A stretch of 64,000 nt of DNA, taken from positions 192,001-256,000 of the forward strand of contig CBDCCI010000001.1 in NCBI GenBank assembly GCA_965214705.1, given 5' to 3'. The notes below the pieces were generated by a model. The model ran no database searches. It saw nothing but the letters and a program-made list of their open reading frames with translations, and was not told the DNA's origin. A program made the position numbers and the translations under genes. This DNA comes from Alphaproteobacteria bacterium. GTDB lineage: Bacteria > Pseudomonadota > Alphaproteobacteria > UBA828. Positions 9,910 to 18,543 of the stretch are shown one piece after another (position 1 is the stretch's first letter; each line of letters opens with the position of its first letter).

Positions 9910-10569
9910 TTGCGCGTAAGATGCGCCGCCGCGCTGGTCCTGGTGCACGACGGGGCGAATGGGCCCGAGGTCCTGATGGGCCGCCGCCCCCGCCGCAGTG
10001 TTTTCATGCCGGATCAGTACGTGTTTCCCGGCGGCGGCGTCGAGCCCTGCGACCGCTGGGTGCGCCCGGCAACGGAGCTCAAGCCGGCGGTCGCCGCGCG
10101 GCTTGCGCGCGCATGCGCACCGGCGCGTGCCCGCTCGCTGGCCGCTGCGGCCGTGCGCGAGACGTTCGAGGAGACCGGACTCGCGCTCGGGCTCCAGGCG
10201 CCGGCGGCGAACGGCCGCGTCAGGCCCGAGTGGCAGGCCTTCCACGCCACCGGAGTGGCACCCGCGCTGGACAAGCTCGATTACATCTACCGCGCGGTAA
10301 CGCCGCCGGGGCTGCCGCGCCGCTTCAATGCCCGGTTCTTCCTGGCCCGCGCCGAGGACACAGTGGGCACCCTCGGCGGCAACGGTGAGCTGCTCGACCT
10401 TGGCTGGGTGCCGGTGACCGAGGCCATGGACCTGCCGATACCCTACATCACCGCCGTCGTCCTCGAAGAGCTGGAGCACATGTACGATTCACCCCCGGGC
10501 CCCGACCGCGACCGGCCCGTGCCGGTCTGCATCCGCGTCGGCCAGGACCACATCCACGGGCACGAGTAG
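9910..10569 (+). CDS. NUDIX hydrolase
   Basis: AAALVLV, FMPDQYVFPGGGVE, AAVRETFEETG, RRFNARFF; start codon uncertain (TTG 9910). Confidence 0.85.
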   Translation: MRVRCAAALVLVHDGANGPEVLMGRRPRRSVFMPDQYVFPGGGVEPCDRWVRPATELKPAVAARLARACAPARARSLAAAAVRETFEETGLALGLQAPAANGRVRPEWQAFHATGVAPALDKLDYIYRAVTPPGLPRRFNARFFLARAEDTVGTLGGNGELLDLGWVPVTEAMDLPIPYITAVVLEELEHMYDSPPGPDRDRPVPVCIRVGQDHIHGHE

Positions 10570-10599
10570 AGCGAGGCCGTCTTCGACGGACGCGCTCTA
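10567..10599. repeat. Inverted repeat / REP-like hairpin between convergent genes
   Basis: TAGAGCG-agg-CCGTC-ttc-GACGG-acg-CGCTCTA; related arms AGAGCGT...ACGCTCT at 10682-10712. Confidence 0.5.
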
Positions 10600-10721
10600 G
10601 GCCGCGACAGCGGTCCGCCGCTCCTGCGGCGCCCTCGCGGAGGCGCCGGCCGCAGGCCGGCTGCCGTGAGCGAAAAATGTGAGAGCGTTTCCGTGTGTGG
10701 TGAAGACGCTCTGGCACCCAG

Positions 10722-11735
10722 CTACTCCTCCGAGACTCTGACCAGCAGCTTGCCGAAGTTGCGCCCGTCGAAGAGGCGCTGAAACGCGAGCGGCGCGTTC
10801 TCCAGCCCCTCCACGATGTCCTCCTTGAAGGCGAGCCGGCCGTCGGCCAGCCAGCGGGCGAGGCGCTTGCGCGCGTGCTCGTAGTGCGCGCCGTAGGAGA
10901 AGATGTTGAAGCCCTCCACCTCAGTCTCGGTGAAGAGGATGGGCGCGAGGTGGCTCGCGACCTTGGGCGGCTCGGTCGCGTTGTAATGGGAAATGCCGCC
11001 GCAGATCACCACGCGCGCGCCGTGGGCGAGCAGGGGATAGATCGCATCGCCGATGGGCCCGCCGACGTTCTCGAAGTAGACGTCGATGCCGTCCGGGCAG
11101 GCTTGGGCAAGGGCGCCGGGTAGGTCGTCCGTGTGGCGGTCGATGGTCTCGTCGAAGCAGAGCTCTTGCGTGAGATAACGCAGCTTCTCCGCCCCGCCGG
11201 CGATGCCGACCACCCGGCAGCCAGCGATCTTCGCCACCTGGCCCGCGACCGCGCCGACCGCGCCCGCCGCTGCCGAGATCACGACCGTATCGCCCGGCGC
11301 GGGCCGGCCGACCTTGACCAGCCCGAGATAGGCGGTGAGCCCCGTCATGCCGAGGATGCCGATGGCGGTGGAGAGTGGCCCCAATGCCGGGTCCAACTTG
11401 CGCGCGCTGGCACCTTGCGCGATGGCGTAGTCCTGCCAGCCCGTGTAGTCGTCGACGATGTCGCCCGGCACGAAGTCCGCGTGCCGGCTCTCCACCACCC
11501 GGCTGACCGCGCCGCCCACGATCACGTCGCCGAGCGGAATCGGCGGGTAGTAGCGCAAGTCCGTGCCCATCCTGAGCCGCATGTAGGGGTCGAGGGAGAG
11601 CCAGATGGTCCGAACCAGCAGCTCGCCGTCTGCCGGCTCGGGCACCGGCGCCTCGACGAGGCGAAAATCCGTCTCCTTTGGCGCCCCTTCCGGGCGGGTG
11701 GCGAGGACGATCTGGCGGTTGGCGTTGGCGATCAT
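10722..11735 (-). CDS. NADP-dependent oxidoreductase (CurA/prostaglandin reductase-like MDR)
   Basis: [52 protein letters not shown]; start ATG 11735 after GGAGGGAG. Confidence 0.92.
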   Translation of the reverse strand: MIANANRQIVLATRPEGAPKETDFRLVEAPVPEPADGELLVRTIWLSLDPYMRLRMGTDLRYYPPIPLGDVIVGGAVSRVVESRHADFVPGDIVDDYTGWQDYAIAQGASARKLDPALGPLSTAIGILGMTGLTAYLGLVKVGRPAPGDTVVISAAAGAVGAVAGQVAKIAGCRVVGIAGGAEKLRYLTQELCFDETIDRHTDDLPGALAQACPDGIDVYFENVGGPIGDAIYPLLAHGARVVICGGISHYNATEPPKVASHLAPILFTETEVEGFNIFSYGAHYEHARKRLARWLADGRLAFKEDIVEGLENAPLAFQRLFDGRNFGKLLVRVSEE

Positions 11736-11860
11736 TGGCCGGGCTCCCTCCTGACGTGAGCCCGAGTCTATGCAAGCCCGGTGTGGCGGCAAATTCGGCT
11801 GTTTTCCGCGCGGTCCGGCGACTACTCTGGTCATGGGACGCAATAGGGAGACGACGGCCG

Positions 11861-12556
11861 ATGAACCTCAATCCGACGGAGAAGGAGCGGCTCACCATCT
11901 TCACGGCCGCCCAGCTCGCGCGCGAGCACAAGCGCCGCGGCATCAAGCTGAGCCACCCTGAGGCCCTCGCCTACATCTGCGACGAGCTCCTGATGTGCGC
12001 CCGCGAGGGCCGCTCGCTCAAGGACCTCATGGGCTACGGCGCGGAGATCCTCACGTCGGACGACGTGCTGCCCGGCGTGCCCGAGTTGGTTCCGGTGATT
12101 CACGTGGAAGCGATGTTCCCCGACGGCACCAAGCTCATCACGGTGCATCAGCCGATCCGCCCAGGTAAGGCCAAGAGCGCGCCCGGCCCTCGCGCCGGCG
12201 AGATCATCACCCCCGACGCGGAGATCGAGCTGAACGCGGGCCGGCGAACCGGCTCGGTCTCCGTCACTAACACCGGCGACCGCCCGGTGCAGATCGGCAG
12301 CCACTTCCACTTCTTCGAGGTCAACCGGGCGCTCGAGTTCGACCGGCAGGCGACCTTCGGCATGCGTCTCGACATCCCGTCCGGCACCGCCGTCCGCTTC
12401 GAGCCGGGGCAGGAGAAGCAGGTTGCGCTGGTGGAGTTCGGCGGCCGCGGCCGGGTCAGCGGCTTCAACTCCCTCACCGAGGGCATGATCGACGCGCCTG
12501 CGGTGAAGGAGCAGGCGATCGCCCGCGCCAAGGCGGGCGGCTTCCGGGGAGCGTAG
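11861..12556 (+). CDS. ureAB: Fused urease gamma/beta subunit (divergent)
   Basis: Gamma part [11 protein letters not shown]...[18 protein letters not shown]; beta part [34 protein letters not shown]; GGGAG RBS. Confidence 0.95.
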   Translation: MNLNPTEKERLTIFTAAQLAREHKRRGIKLSHPEALAYICDELLMCAREGRSLKDLMGYGAEILTSDDVLPGVPELVPVIHVEAMFPDGTKLITVHQPIRPGKAKSAPGPRAGEIITPDAEIELNAGRRTGSVSVTNTGDRPVQIGSHFHFFEVNRALEFDRQATFGMRLDIPSGTAVRFEPGQEKQVALVEFGGRGRVSGFNSLTEGMIDAPAVKEQAIARAKAGGFRGA

Positions 12557-12560
12557 GCAG

Positions 12561-14270
12561 ATGGTGAAAATCGCGCGCGAGACCTATGCCCGCTACTACG
12601 GGCCGACAAAGGGCGACAAGATCAGGCTCGGCGATACCTCGCTGATCGGCGAGATCGAGCACGACCACACCTCTTATGGCGACGAATGCTGGACCGGCGC
12701 CGGCCGCGTGATGCGTGACGGCATGTCTTACGACGCCCACACCTCCGCAGCCGACGGCGCCATCGATATGCTGGTGGAGAACGCCACCGTCATCGACCCC
12801 GTGCTCGGCCTGGTGAAGGCCGACATCGGCATCAAGGACGGCAAGATCGCGGGTGTCGGCAAGGCCGGCAACCCCAACACCCAGGACGGCGTGGACCCCG
12901 ATCTCGTCTGCGGCCCCAACACCACCTACTACCCCGCCGGCGGCCTCATCGTGACGCCGGGCGGCATCGACGTGCACGTCCACTGGATGTCGGCGGAGCA
13001 GTGCAACCACGCGCTGGCGAGCGGGCTTACCACCATGATCGGCGGCACCATGGGGCCGCTCTTCGCCATCGACTGCGGTGGCCCTTGGAACACCTACCGC
13101 ATGCATGAGGCGTCGGAGGCGTGGCCGATAAACTTCGGCTTCTTCGGCCGCGGCTCGTCCCACGATCCCGCGACCGTCGCAGAGCACCTCGACGGCGCCA
13201 TCATCGGCGTCAAGATCCACGAGGACTACGGCGCCATGCCGGCCACCATCGACGCCTGCCTGCGCGCCTCGGCCGAGCATGACTTCCCGGTCCAGATCCA
13301 CACGGACACGCTGAACGAATCGGGCTTCTACGAGGACACGATGGCGGCGATCGCAGGCCGCACCATCCACATGTATCACACGGAAGGCTCCGGCGGCGGC
13401 CATGCACCCGACATCATTCGCTGCAACGGCGAGCCCCACTGCCTGCCGTCCTCGACCAATCCGACCAACCCCTACACGGTCAACGTCTTCGACGAGCAGC
13501 TCGACATGACCATGGCCTGCCACCTGCTGCGCTTCGACCTGCCGGAGGACGTGGCCTTCGCCGAGAGCCGGGTGCGCCACGGCACCATCGCCGCCGAGGA
13601 CGTGCTGCACGATATCGGCTCGGTCTCGATGTTCGGCTCCGACAGCCAGGGCATGGGGCGGATCAACGAGGTGATCACCCGCTGCTGGCAGCTCGCCAGC
13701 AAGATGCGCGACCAGCGTGGGCGGCTACCGGAAGAGACCACCGCCGATGCGGACAACGAGCGCATCAAGCGTTACATCGCGAAGTACACCATCAACCCGG
13801 CGATCGCCTTCGGCATCGATCAGTACGTGGGCTCGCTGGAGCCGGGCAAGATGGCCGACCTCGTCACCTGGAAGCCCGCCTTCTTCGGCATGAAGCCCTT
13901 CGGCGTGATCAAGGGCGGCTTCGTCGCTTGGGGCGCGAGCGGCGATCCCTCGGGCAGCTATTTCCAGACCGAGCCGGTGATCATGCGGCCGCAGTTCGGC
14001 CATCACGGGCGGGCGCCGGCGACGCTGAGCGCCAACTTCGCCCATCGGCGCGCGCTCGACATCGACGTGCAGGGCCGGCTCGGGCTCGCCAAGCCGATCC
14101 TGCCGATCGGGAGCTTCACCAAGCTCACCAAGAAGGACATGCTGCACAACGACGCCTGCCCCGACATCCGCGTCGACTCCCAGACCTTCGAGGTCTTCGT
14201 CGACGGGACGCTCGCGGCCTGCGAGCCGATCGACACGATCACCCTCGGCCAGAACTACCTGCTGCGCTGA
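12561..14270 (+). CDS. ureC: Urease alpha subunit homologue (divergent active-site loops)
   Basis: 569 aa; [58 protein letters not shown]. Confidence 0.95.
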   Translation: MVKIARETYARYYGPTKGDKIRLGDTSLIGEIEHDHTSYGDECWTGAGRVMRDGMSYDAHTSAADGAIDMLVENATVIDPVLGLVKADIGIKDGKIAGVGKAGNPNTQDGVDPDLVCGPNTTYYPAGGLIVTPGGIDVHVHWMSAEQCNHALASGLTTMIGGTMGPLFAIDCGGPWNTYRMHEASEAWPINFGFFGRGSSHDPATVAEHLDGAIIGVKIHEDYGAMPATIDACLRASAEHDFPVQIHTDTLNESGFYEDTMAAIAGRTIHMYHTEGSGGGHAPDIIRCNGEPHCLPSSTNPTNPYTVNVFDEQLDMTMACHLLRFDLPEDVAFAESRVRHGTIAAEDVLHDIGSVSMFGSDSQGMGRINEVITRCWQLASKMRDQRGRLPEETTADADNERIKRYIAKYTINPAIAFGIDQYVGSLEPGKMADLVTWKPAFFGMKPFGVIKGGFVAWGASGDPSGSYFQTEPVIMRPQFGHHGRAPATLSANFAHRRALDIDVQGRLGLAKPILPIGSFTKLTKKDMLHNDACPDIRVDSQTFEVFVDGTLAACEPIDTITLGQNYLLR

Positions 14271-14279
14271 GCCCGTCTC

Positions 14280-15137
14280 TTGGCTGCCGCCACCATGCCG
14301 GCCGCCCGGCCCAACGAAGGGCCGCAAGCCGCGCTCCGCTTCGCCCGCGCGCCCGACGGGCGGAGCTACATCGCGCGCCAGCGTGTCGGTTATCCCTTTC
14401 ACATCACCCGGCCGTTCTATCTCGACGAGACACCGGCGGGGGCGCTGACGCTCTATCTCCAGTCGGTCTCCGGCGGCATCTATCAGGGTGAAGACCTCGT
14501 GATGACCTGCGCCGCGGGCGCCGGCAGCGCCGCCCACGTGACCACCCAGGCAGCGACCATCGTGCACCGCATGCCGGCGGCGCCGGCGCGGCAGACGGTC
14601 GCTTTGGAGGCCGCGGACGGCGCGCTGCTCGAATACCTGCCGGACCCGCTGATCATGTTTCCCGGCGCGCGGCTGACCTCTGTGCTGGAGATCGAGGCTG
14701 CGTCGGGCGCCACGGTCATCGCATCCGAGAGCTTTGCGCACCACGACCCCGGCGGCGAGGACCGCCGCTTCGAGAGCTTTGAGGCGGAGATGCGGGTCCG
14801 CGACGAAAGCGGCCGGCTGCTTGCGCTGGAGCGCTACGCCGTGGCCGGCGACCGTCTGGCGGCGGGGCGCGGCCAGATCGCGCGCTGGCCCGCGCAAGGC
14901 AGCTTCGTGGTCGCCCATCGTGGATCTGAATGCGAAGCCATTCTGGCAGCGCTCCGCTCGGCCCTAGCCCCGACGGATGCGTTTTACGGCGGCGCCTCGG
15001 CGCTCCCCAACGAAGCCGGCGTCGGCGTGCGCCTGCTCGCGCGGGACGGTGCCGCGCTGCGTCGCGGGCTGGAGGCGGCGTGGCGCGCGGTGCGGCTCGC
15101 ACTCTACGGTGCTGAACCCGCCCCCCGCCGCAAGTGA
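14280..15137 (+). CDS. ureD: Urease accessory protein UreD
   Basis: YPFHITRPFY, QSVSGGIYQGE, HVTTQAATIVH, LEYLPDPLIMF; directly after ureC; start TTG 14280 or ATG 14295. Confidence 0.88.
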   Translation: MAAATMPAARPNEGPQAALRFARAPDGRSYIARQRVGYPFHITRPFYLDETPAGALTLYLQSVSGGIYQGEDLVMTCAAGAGSAAHVTTQAATIVHRMPAAPARQTVALEAADGALLEYLPDPLIMFPGARLTSVLEIEAASGATVIASESFAHHDPGGEDRRFESFEAEMRVRDESGRLLALERYAVAGDRLAAGRGQIARWPAQGSFVVAHRGSECEAILAALRSALAPTDAFYGGASALPNEAGVGVRLLARDGAALRRGLEAAWRAVRLALYGAEPAPRRK

Positions 15138-15149
15138 GCCAGTACCGAC

Positions 15150-15211
15150 CTATCGCGCACTGCTGACACCGCTTCACGCAAAGTCGGCGTCGACGAATAG
15201 GCGGCGATCAT
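15150..15211 (-). pseudogene. Remnant of VapC (PIN) toxin gene with large internal deletion
   Basis: ATGA overlap with antitoxin stop gives M-I-A, then in another frame LFVDADFA*SGVSSAR*, resembling VapC termini (MIAVD... / ...LLFVGDDFxxTDxxSA). Confidence 0.6.
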
Positions 15212-15465
15212 CCCGGTAAGCCATCATCGTCGTAAAGAAAATCCTGACTGCGGGCAGCGGAGGCGCCCCCGGTTCGCTTGTCCCGAGCAGCCGCTTGCAC
15301 GGCCGCAATCACCGCACGCCGAGTCTCGGCATAGGGTTTCGGTCGCACTGGCACTAACTGGACCGTTGCCTTGCCGTGACGGGTCAGCACCACCTCATCG
15401 CCCTCTTCGGCCCGGCGGATAAGTTCGGCCAATCGTACCCTCGCCTCGCTGACGGAAATTCGCAT
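15208..15465 (-). CDS. Phd/YefM family antitoxin
   Basis: MRISVSEARVRLAELIRRAEEGDEVVLTRHGK Phd fold; C-terminus SAARSQDFLYDDDGLPG as in VapB-type partners. Confidence 0.88.
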   Translation of the reverse strand: MRISVSEARVRLAELIRRAEEGDEVVLTRHGKATVQLVPVRPKPYAETRRAVIAAVQAAARDKRTGGASAARSQDFLYDDDGLPG

Positions 15466-15610
15466 CGGACCAATTCCCTCAATCAGGGCCGCTCAAGCCC
15501 CGAATATGAGCCCTGACGTGGTCCAATCAAGACCGACAACTCAGATACTGTCCGGCACACAATCTCTTGAGGCCCTTGATCAAGGCGCGCGGCCTGCCAA
15601 GGTTGCAGCC

Positions 15611-16288
15611 ATGCACGTGCTGGTCGTCGAAGACGATATCGAGACCGCCCGCTACCTGCAGAAGGGCCTGACCGAGAGCGGCCACGTGGTCGAGCTCGTC
15701 CATGACGGGGCGGACGGGCTCGCGCTCGCGCTCGACCACCGCTTCGATGCGCTCGTGGTCGACCGCATGCTGCCGGGTCTGGACGGGCTTTCGTTGATCG
15801 AGACACTGCGACGCAAGGGCCGGCGCACGCCGGTGCTGATCCTGAGCGCGCTTGCCCAGGTGGACGACCGCGTGGAAGGCCTCAGGGCCGGTGGCGACGA
15901 CTATCTGACCAAGCCCTTCGCCTTCTCCGAGCTTCTGGCGCGGCTTGAAGCGCTGCTCCGGCGTGCAGGCGATGCAGCCGGTGAGACGCGTCTCAGCTTC
16001 GCGGACCTGGAGCTGGATCTGCTCGCCCGCACGGTGCGGCGTGCCGGCCGCGAGATCGCCCTGCAGCCGCGTGAGTTTAACCTGCTGGCCTACTTCATGC
16101 GCCACACGGGCCAGGTGGTGACGCGCACGATGCTGCTGGAGAACGTCTGGGGCTACCACTTCGACCCCCAGACCAACGTGATCGACGTCCACGTCAGTCG
16201 GCTGCGCGGCAAGATCGACAAGGGCTTCGAGCCGCCGCTGATCCACACTGTGCGCGGCGTCGGGTATTGCTTTCGTGACGATCGCTAG
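15611..16288 (+). CDS. OmpR-family response regulator
   Basis: VLVVEDD, VVDRMLP, DDYLTKPF, winged helix TNVIDVHVSRLR, TVRGVGY. Confidence 0.95.
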   Translation: MHVLVVEDDIETARYLQKGLTESGHVVELVHDGADGLALALDHRFDALVVDRMLPGLDGLSLIETLRRKGRRTPVLILSALAQVDDRVEGLRAGGDDYLTKPFAFSELLARLEALLRRAGDAAGETRLSFADLELDLLARTVRRAGREIALQPREFNLLAYFMRHTGQVVTRTMLLENVWGYHFDPQTNVIDVHVSRLRGKIDKGFEPPLIHTVRGVGYCFRDDR

Positions 16289-17660
16289 GCTGTTCCGGAC
16301 CTCCACGTTCCGGCTCTCGCTCCTCTACGTCGTCCTCTTCGGCGCCTCGGTTCTGCTGCTGCTCGCCTTCATCTACTGGACCACTGTTCGCGTCATCGAC
16401 AGCCAGACCAGCGACACCATCGAGGCCGAGGTGCGCGGCCTCGCCGAGCAGTACCGGGCGCGGGGCATTCGCCAGCTGATCGCCGTCATCGGGGAGCGAA
16501 GCGGCCCCTATGGTGATCCGGACAGCGTCTACCTCCTCGCCGATCCCGGATTGCGCAAGCTCGCCGGCAATCTCAGCGCCTGGCCACGCGAGGCAGCCGG
16601 CGCCGAAGCCGGCTGGGTGGAGATTGCGGCGACGCGCGCGAGCGGTGAGGAGGCACACGGCAGCATCCGTGCCCGCACCTTCGTCCTGCCGGGCGGCTTT
16701 CGGCTGCTGGTCGGCCGCGATCCGCGCGGGCGGGCGGATTTTGAGGACCTGATCCTCGAATCCCTTGGCGGCGCGCTCGGGATCACGCTGGTCCTGGGGC
16801 TGCTCGGCGGCCTCGTCATGAGCCGGCGGATGCTGCGCCGGGTCGATGCCGTGCGCGAGACCGGCCAGCGCATCGTGCGCGGCGACCTCTCGCGGCGCAT
16901 GCCGGTCACAGGCGTGGGCGACGAGTTCGACCGCCTCTCGATCACGGTCAACGAAATGCTGGACGAGATCGAGACGCTGATGACCGGCTTGCGCACGGTG
17001 ACCGACAGTGTGGCGCACGACCTGCGTAGCCCGCTCACTCGGCTCAAGTCCAGGCTGGAGCTCGCGCTCCGAGAGGGGCCGGCGGACGAGCAGGGCCACC
17101 GCGCCGCCCTCGAACGCGCTATCACCGAGACTGACGGCATCCTGCGCACCTTCGCCACGCTGATGGAGATTGCCCGTGCCGAATCGGGCAAGACCGGCAT
17201 CGCGCTCGCGCCGATGGACCTCCGCGCCGTCGTCGCCGACATGGTCGAACTCTACGCCCCCCTCGCCGAGGAGAGGGGGCTCATCATCGACGCCGCGCTG
17301 GAGGAGACGGGAGAGGTCTCCGGCCACGGTCAGTTCCTCTCCCAACTCGTCGCCAATCTGCTCGACAACGCGCTGGACTATACACCCGAAGGCCGGATCG
17401 GGGTGAGCCTCGCGCGCGAAAGTGCGGGCGCAGTGCGGCTCACGGTGGAGGATTCCGGGCCGGGGATTCCGCCCGAGGAGCGGGAGCGCGTGCTGCAACG
17501 CTTCGTTCGCCTCGATACGAGCCGCACTGGGGGTGGCAGTGGCCTGGGGCTCAGCCTCGTCGCGGGAGTCACCACCCTGCACCGGGCGGAATTGGCGCTG
17601 GACGAGAGCCCGTTGGGGGGCCTCCGCGTAACCGTGACCCTTCCGCCGCCGGACGCATGA
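16275..17660 (+). CDS. HAMP-domain sensor histidine kinase
   Basis: Two TM segments, HAMP (GDEFDRL), H-box AHDLRSPL, NLLDNA, DSGPGI, GSGLGL. Confidence 0.95.
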   Translation: MTIARLFRTSTFRLSLLYVVLFGASVLLLLAFIYWTTVRVIDSQTSDTIEAEVRGLAEQYRARGIRQLIAVIGERSGPYGDPDSVYLLADPGLRKLAGNLSAWPREAAGAEAGWVEIAATRASGEEAHGSIRARTFVLPGGFRLLVGRDPRGRADFEDLILESLGGALGITLVLGLLGGLVMSRRMLRRVDAVRETGQRIVRGDLSRRMPVTGVGDEFDRLSITVNEMLDEIETLMTGLRTVTDSVAHDLRSPLTRLKSRLELALREGPADEQGHRAALERAITETDGILRTFATLMEIARAESGKTGIALAPMDLRAVVADMVELYAPLAEERGLIIDAALEETGEVSGHGQFLSQLVANLLDNALDYTPEGRIGVSLARESAGAVRLTVEDSGPGIPPEERERVLQRFVRLDTSRTGGGSGLGLSLVAGVTTLHRAELALDESPLGGLRVTVTLPPPDA

Positions 17661-17685
17661 AACGGCCGCCCGTACCGCCGCCCCG

Positions 17686-18048
17686 TTAAGCGCTCTGCAA
17701 CCGCTGGCGCAGCGCCTCGACGCGCCGCCTGTTCACGCCCGAGTCGGTTACGGCATAGAAGGCGCGCGAAGCGGAGCGGACGTGGATCACCCCTTCCGCC
17801 GGAGCGAGCTGGCACTCGAGATCGTCGACGAATCCGAGCCGCGTGCGGCAGGCGGCGTGCAGGTAGTCATCGGTCGCGGAAAGAATCTCGGTCCGTTCCA
17901 TCTCTTCCACCAGTTTCTTCAGCCAGGCAAAGGCCACAGCAGGATCCCCCGAGATGGCGAACGGCTCGACTCGGTGTCGCGGAGCCGCGTCCGCTCGGCT
18001 GCAGACGCAGATGGGTCGGAACGGGCAGGGTGCGAGTCGGTCTGCCAT
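17686..18048 (-). CDS. DUF1499 domain protein (paralogue 2)
   Basis: LAPC..CVCS, YLHA, GFVDDLE, IHVRSASR, DSGVNRRRVE. Confidence 0.85.
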   Translation of the reverse strand: MADRLAPCPFRPICVCSRADAAPRHRVEPFAISGDPAVAFAWLKKLVEEMERTEILSATDDYLHAACRTRLGFVDDLECQLAPAEGVIHVRSASRAFYAVTDSGVNRRRVEALRQRLQSA

Positions 18049-18065
18049 CGCCGAACGGGCTCCGC

Positions 18066-18422
18066 CTACTCGTTCATGTAGCGCCGACGCAGCCTCTCGA
18101 CCCGCCTCCTGTTCACGCCAAGGTCGTGCAGGCCCGAGCGTGAGGCTGAGCGGACGTGGATGACCCCCTCGTCGGGGGAGAGGCGAAACTCGACATCGTC
18201 GATGAAACCGCCACGGCTGCGGCAGAGCGCGTGGAGGTAGTCCGCCGTCTCGGCGACGATTTCCATGCGCGGGAGCTCCTCCAAAAGCGACCGCAGCCGG
18301 CCGATCACCGCCACCGGATCGCCCAAGAGGACGAAGGGCTCGACGCGATGAATGCGCGACGCGTCGCGTCTGCTACAGACGCAGTTCCGCCAGCGCCGGC
18401 AAGGGGCAAGCGGTTCGTTCAT
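18066..18422 (-). CDS. DUF1499 domain protein (paralogue 1)
   Basis: LAPC..NCVCS, YLHA, GFIDDVEF, IHVRSASRSG, DLGVNRRRVE; start ATG 18422. Confidence 0.85.
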   Translation of the reverse strand: MNEPLAPCRRWRNCVCSRRDASRIHRVEPFVLLGDPVAVIGRLRSLLEELPRMEIVAETADYLHALCRSRGGFIDDVEFRLSPDEGVIHVRSASRSGLHDLGVNRRRVERLRRRYMNE

Positions 18423-18543
18423 CGCACCATCATGGAGAAGAGTTAATGCAGCGTCCATCGTGACGACAGCTTGCCCTGCCATAGATAACCGGCGGCCTGC
18501 CATCGGCCGCTGCGGACAAATGGCAACGGCAAGTGAGGAAACG

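Noticed and set aside
11736-11860. Sigma54/NtrC promoter for the urease-like operon
   Set aside because: No TGGCAC-N5-TTGC match was found by eye on either strand.
15574-15585. Palindrome CCTTGATCAAGG upstream of the response regulator
   Set aside because: Single occurrence; OmpR-family proteins usually bind direct repeats; it cannot be assigned from sequence alone.
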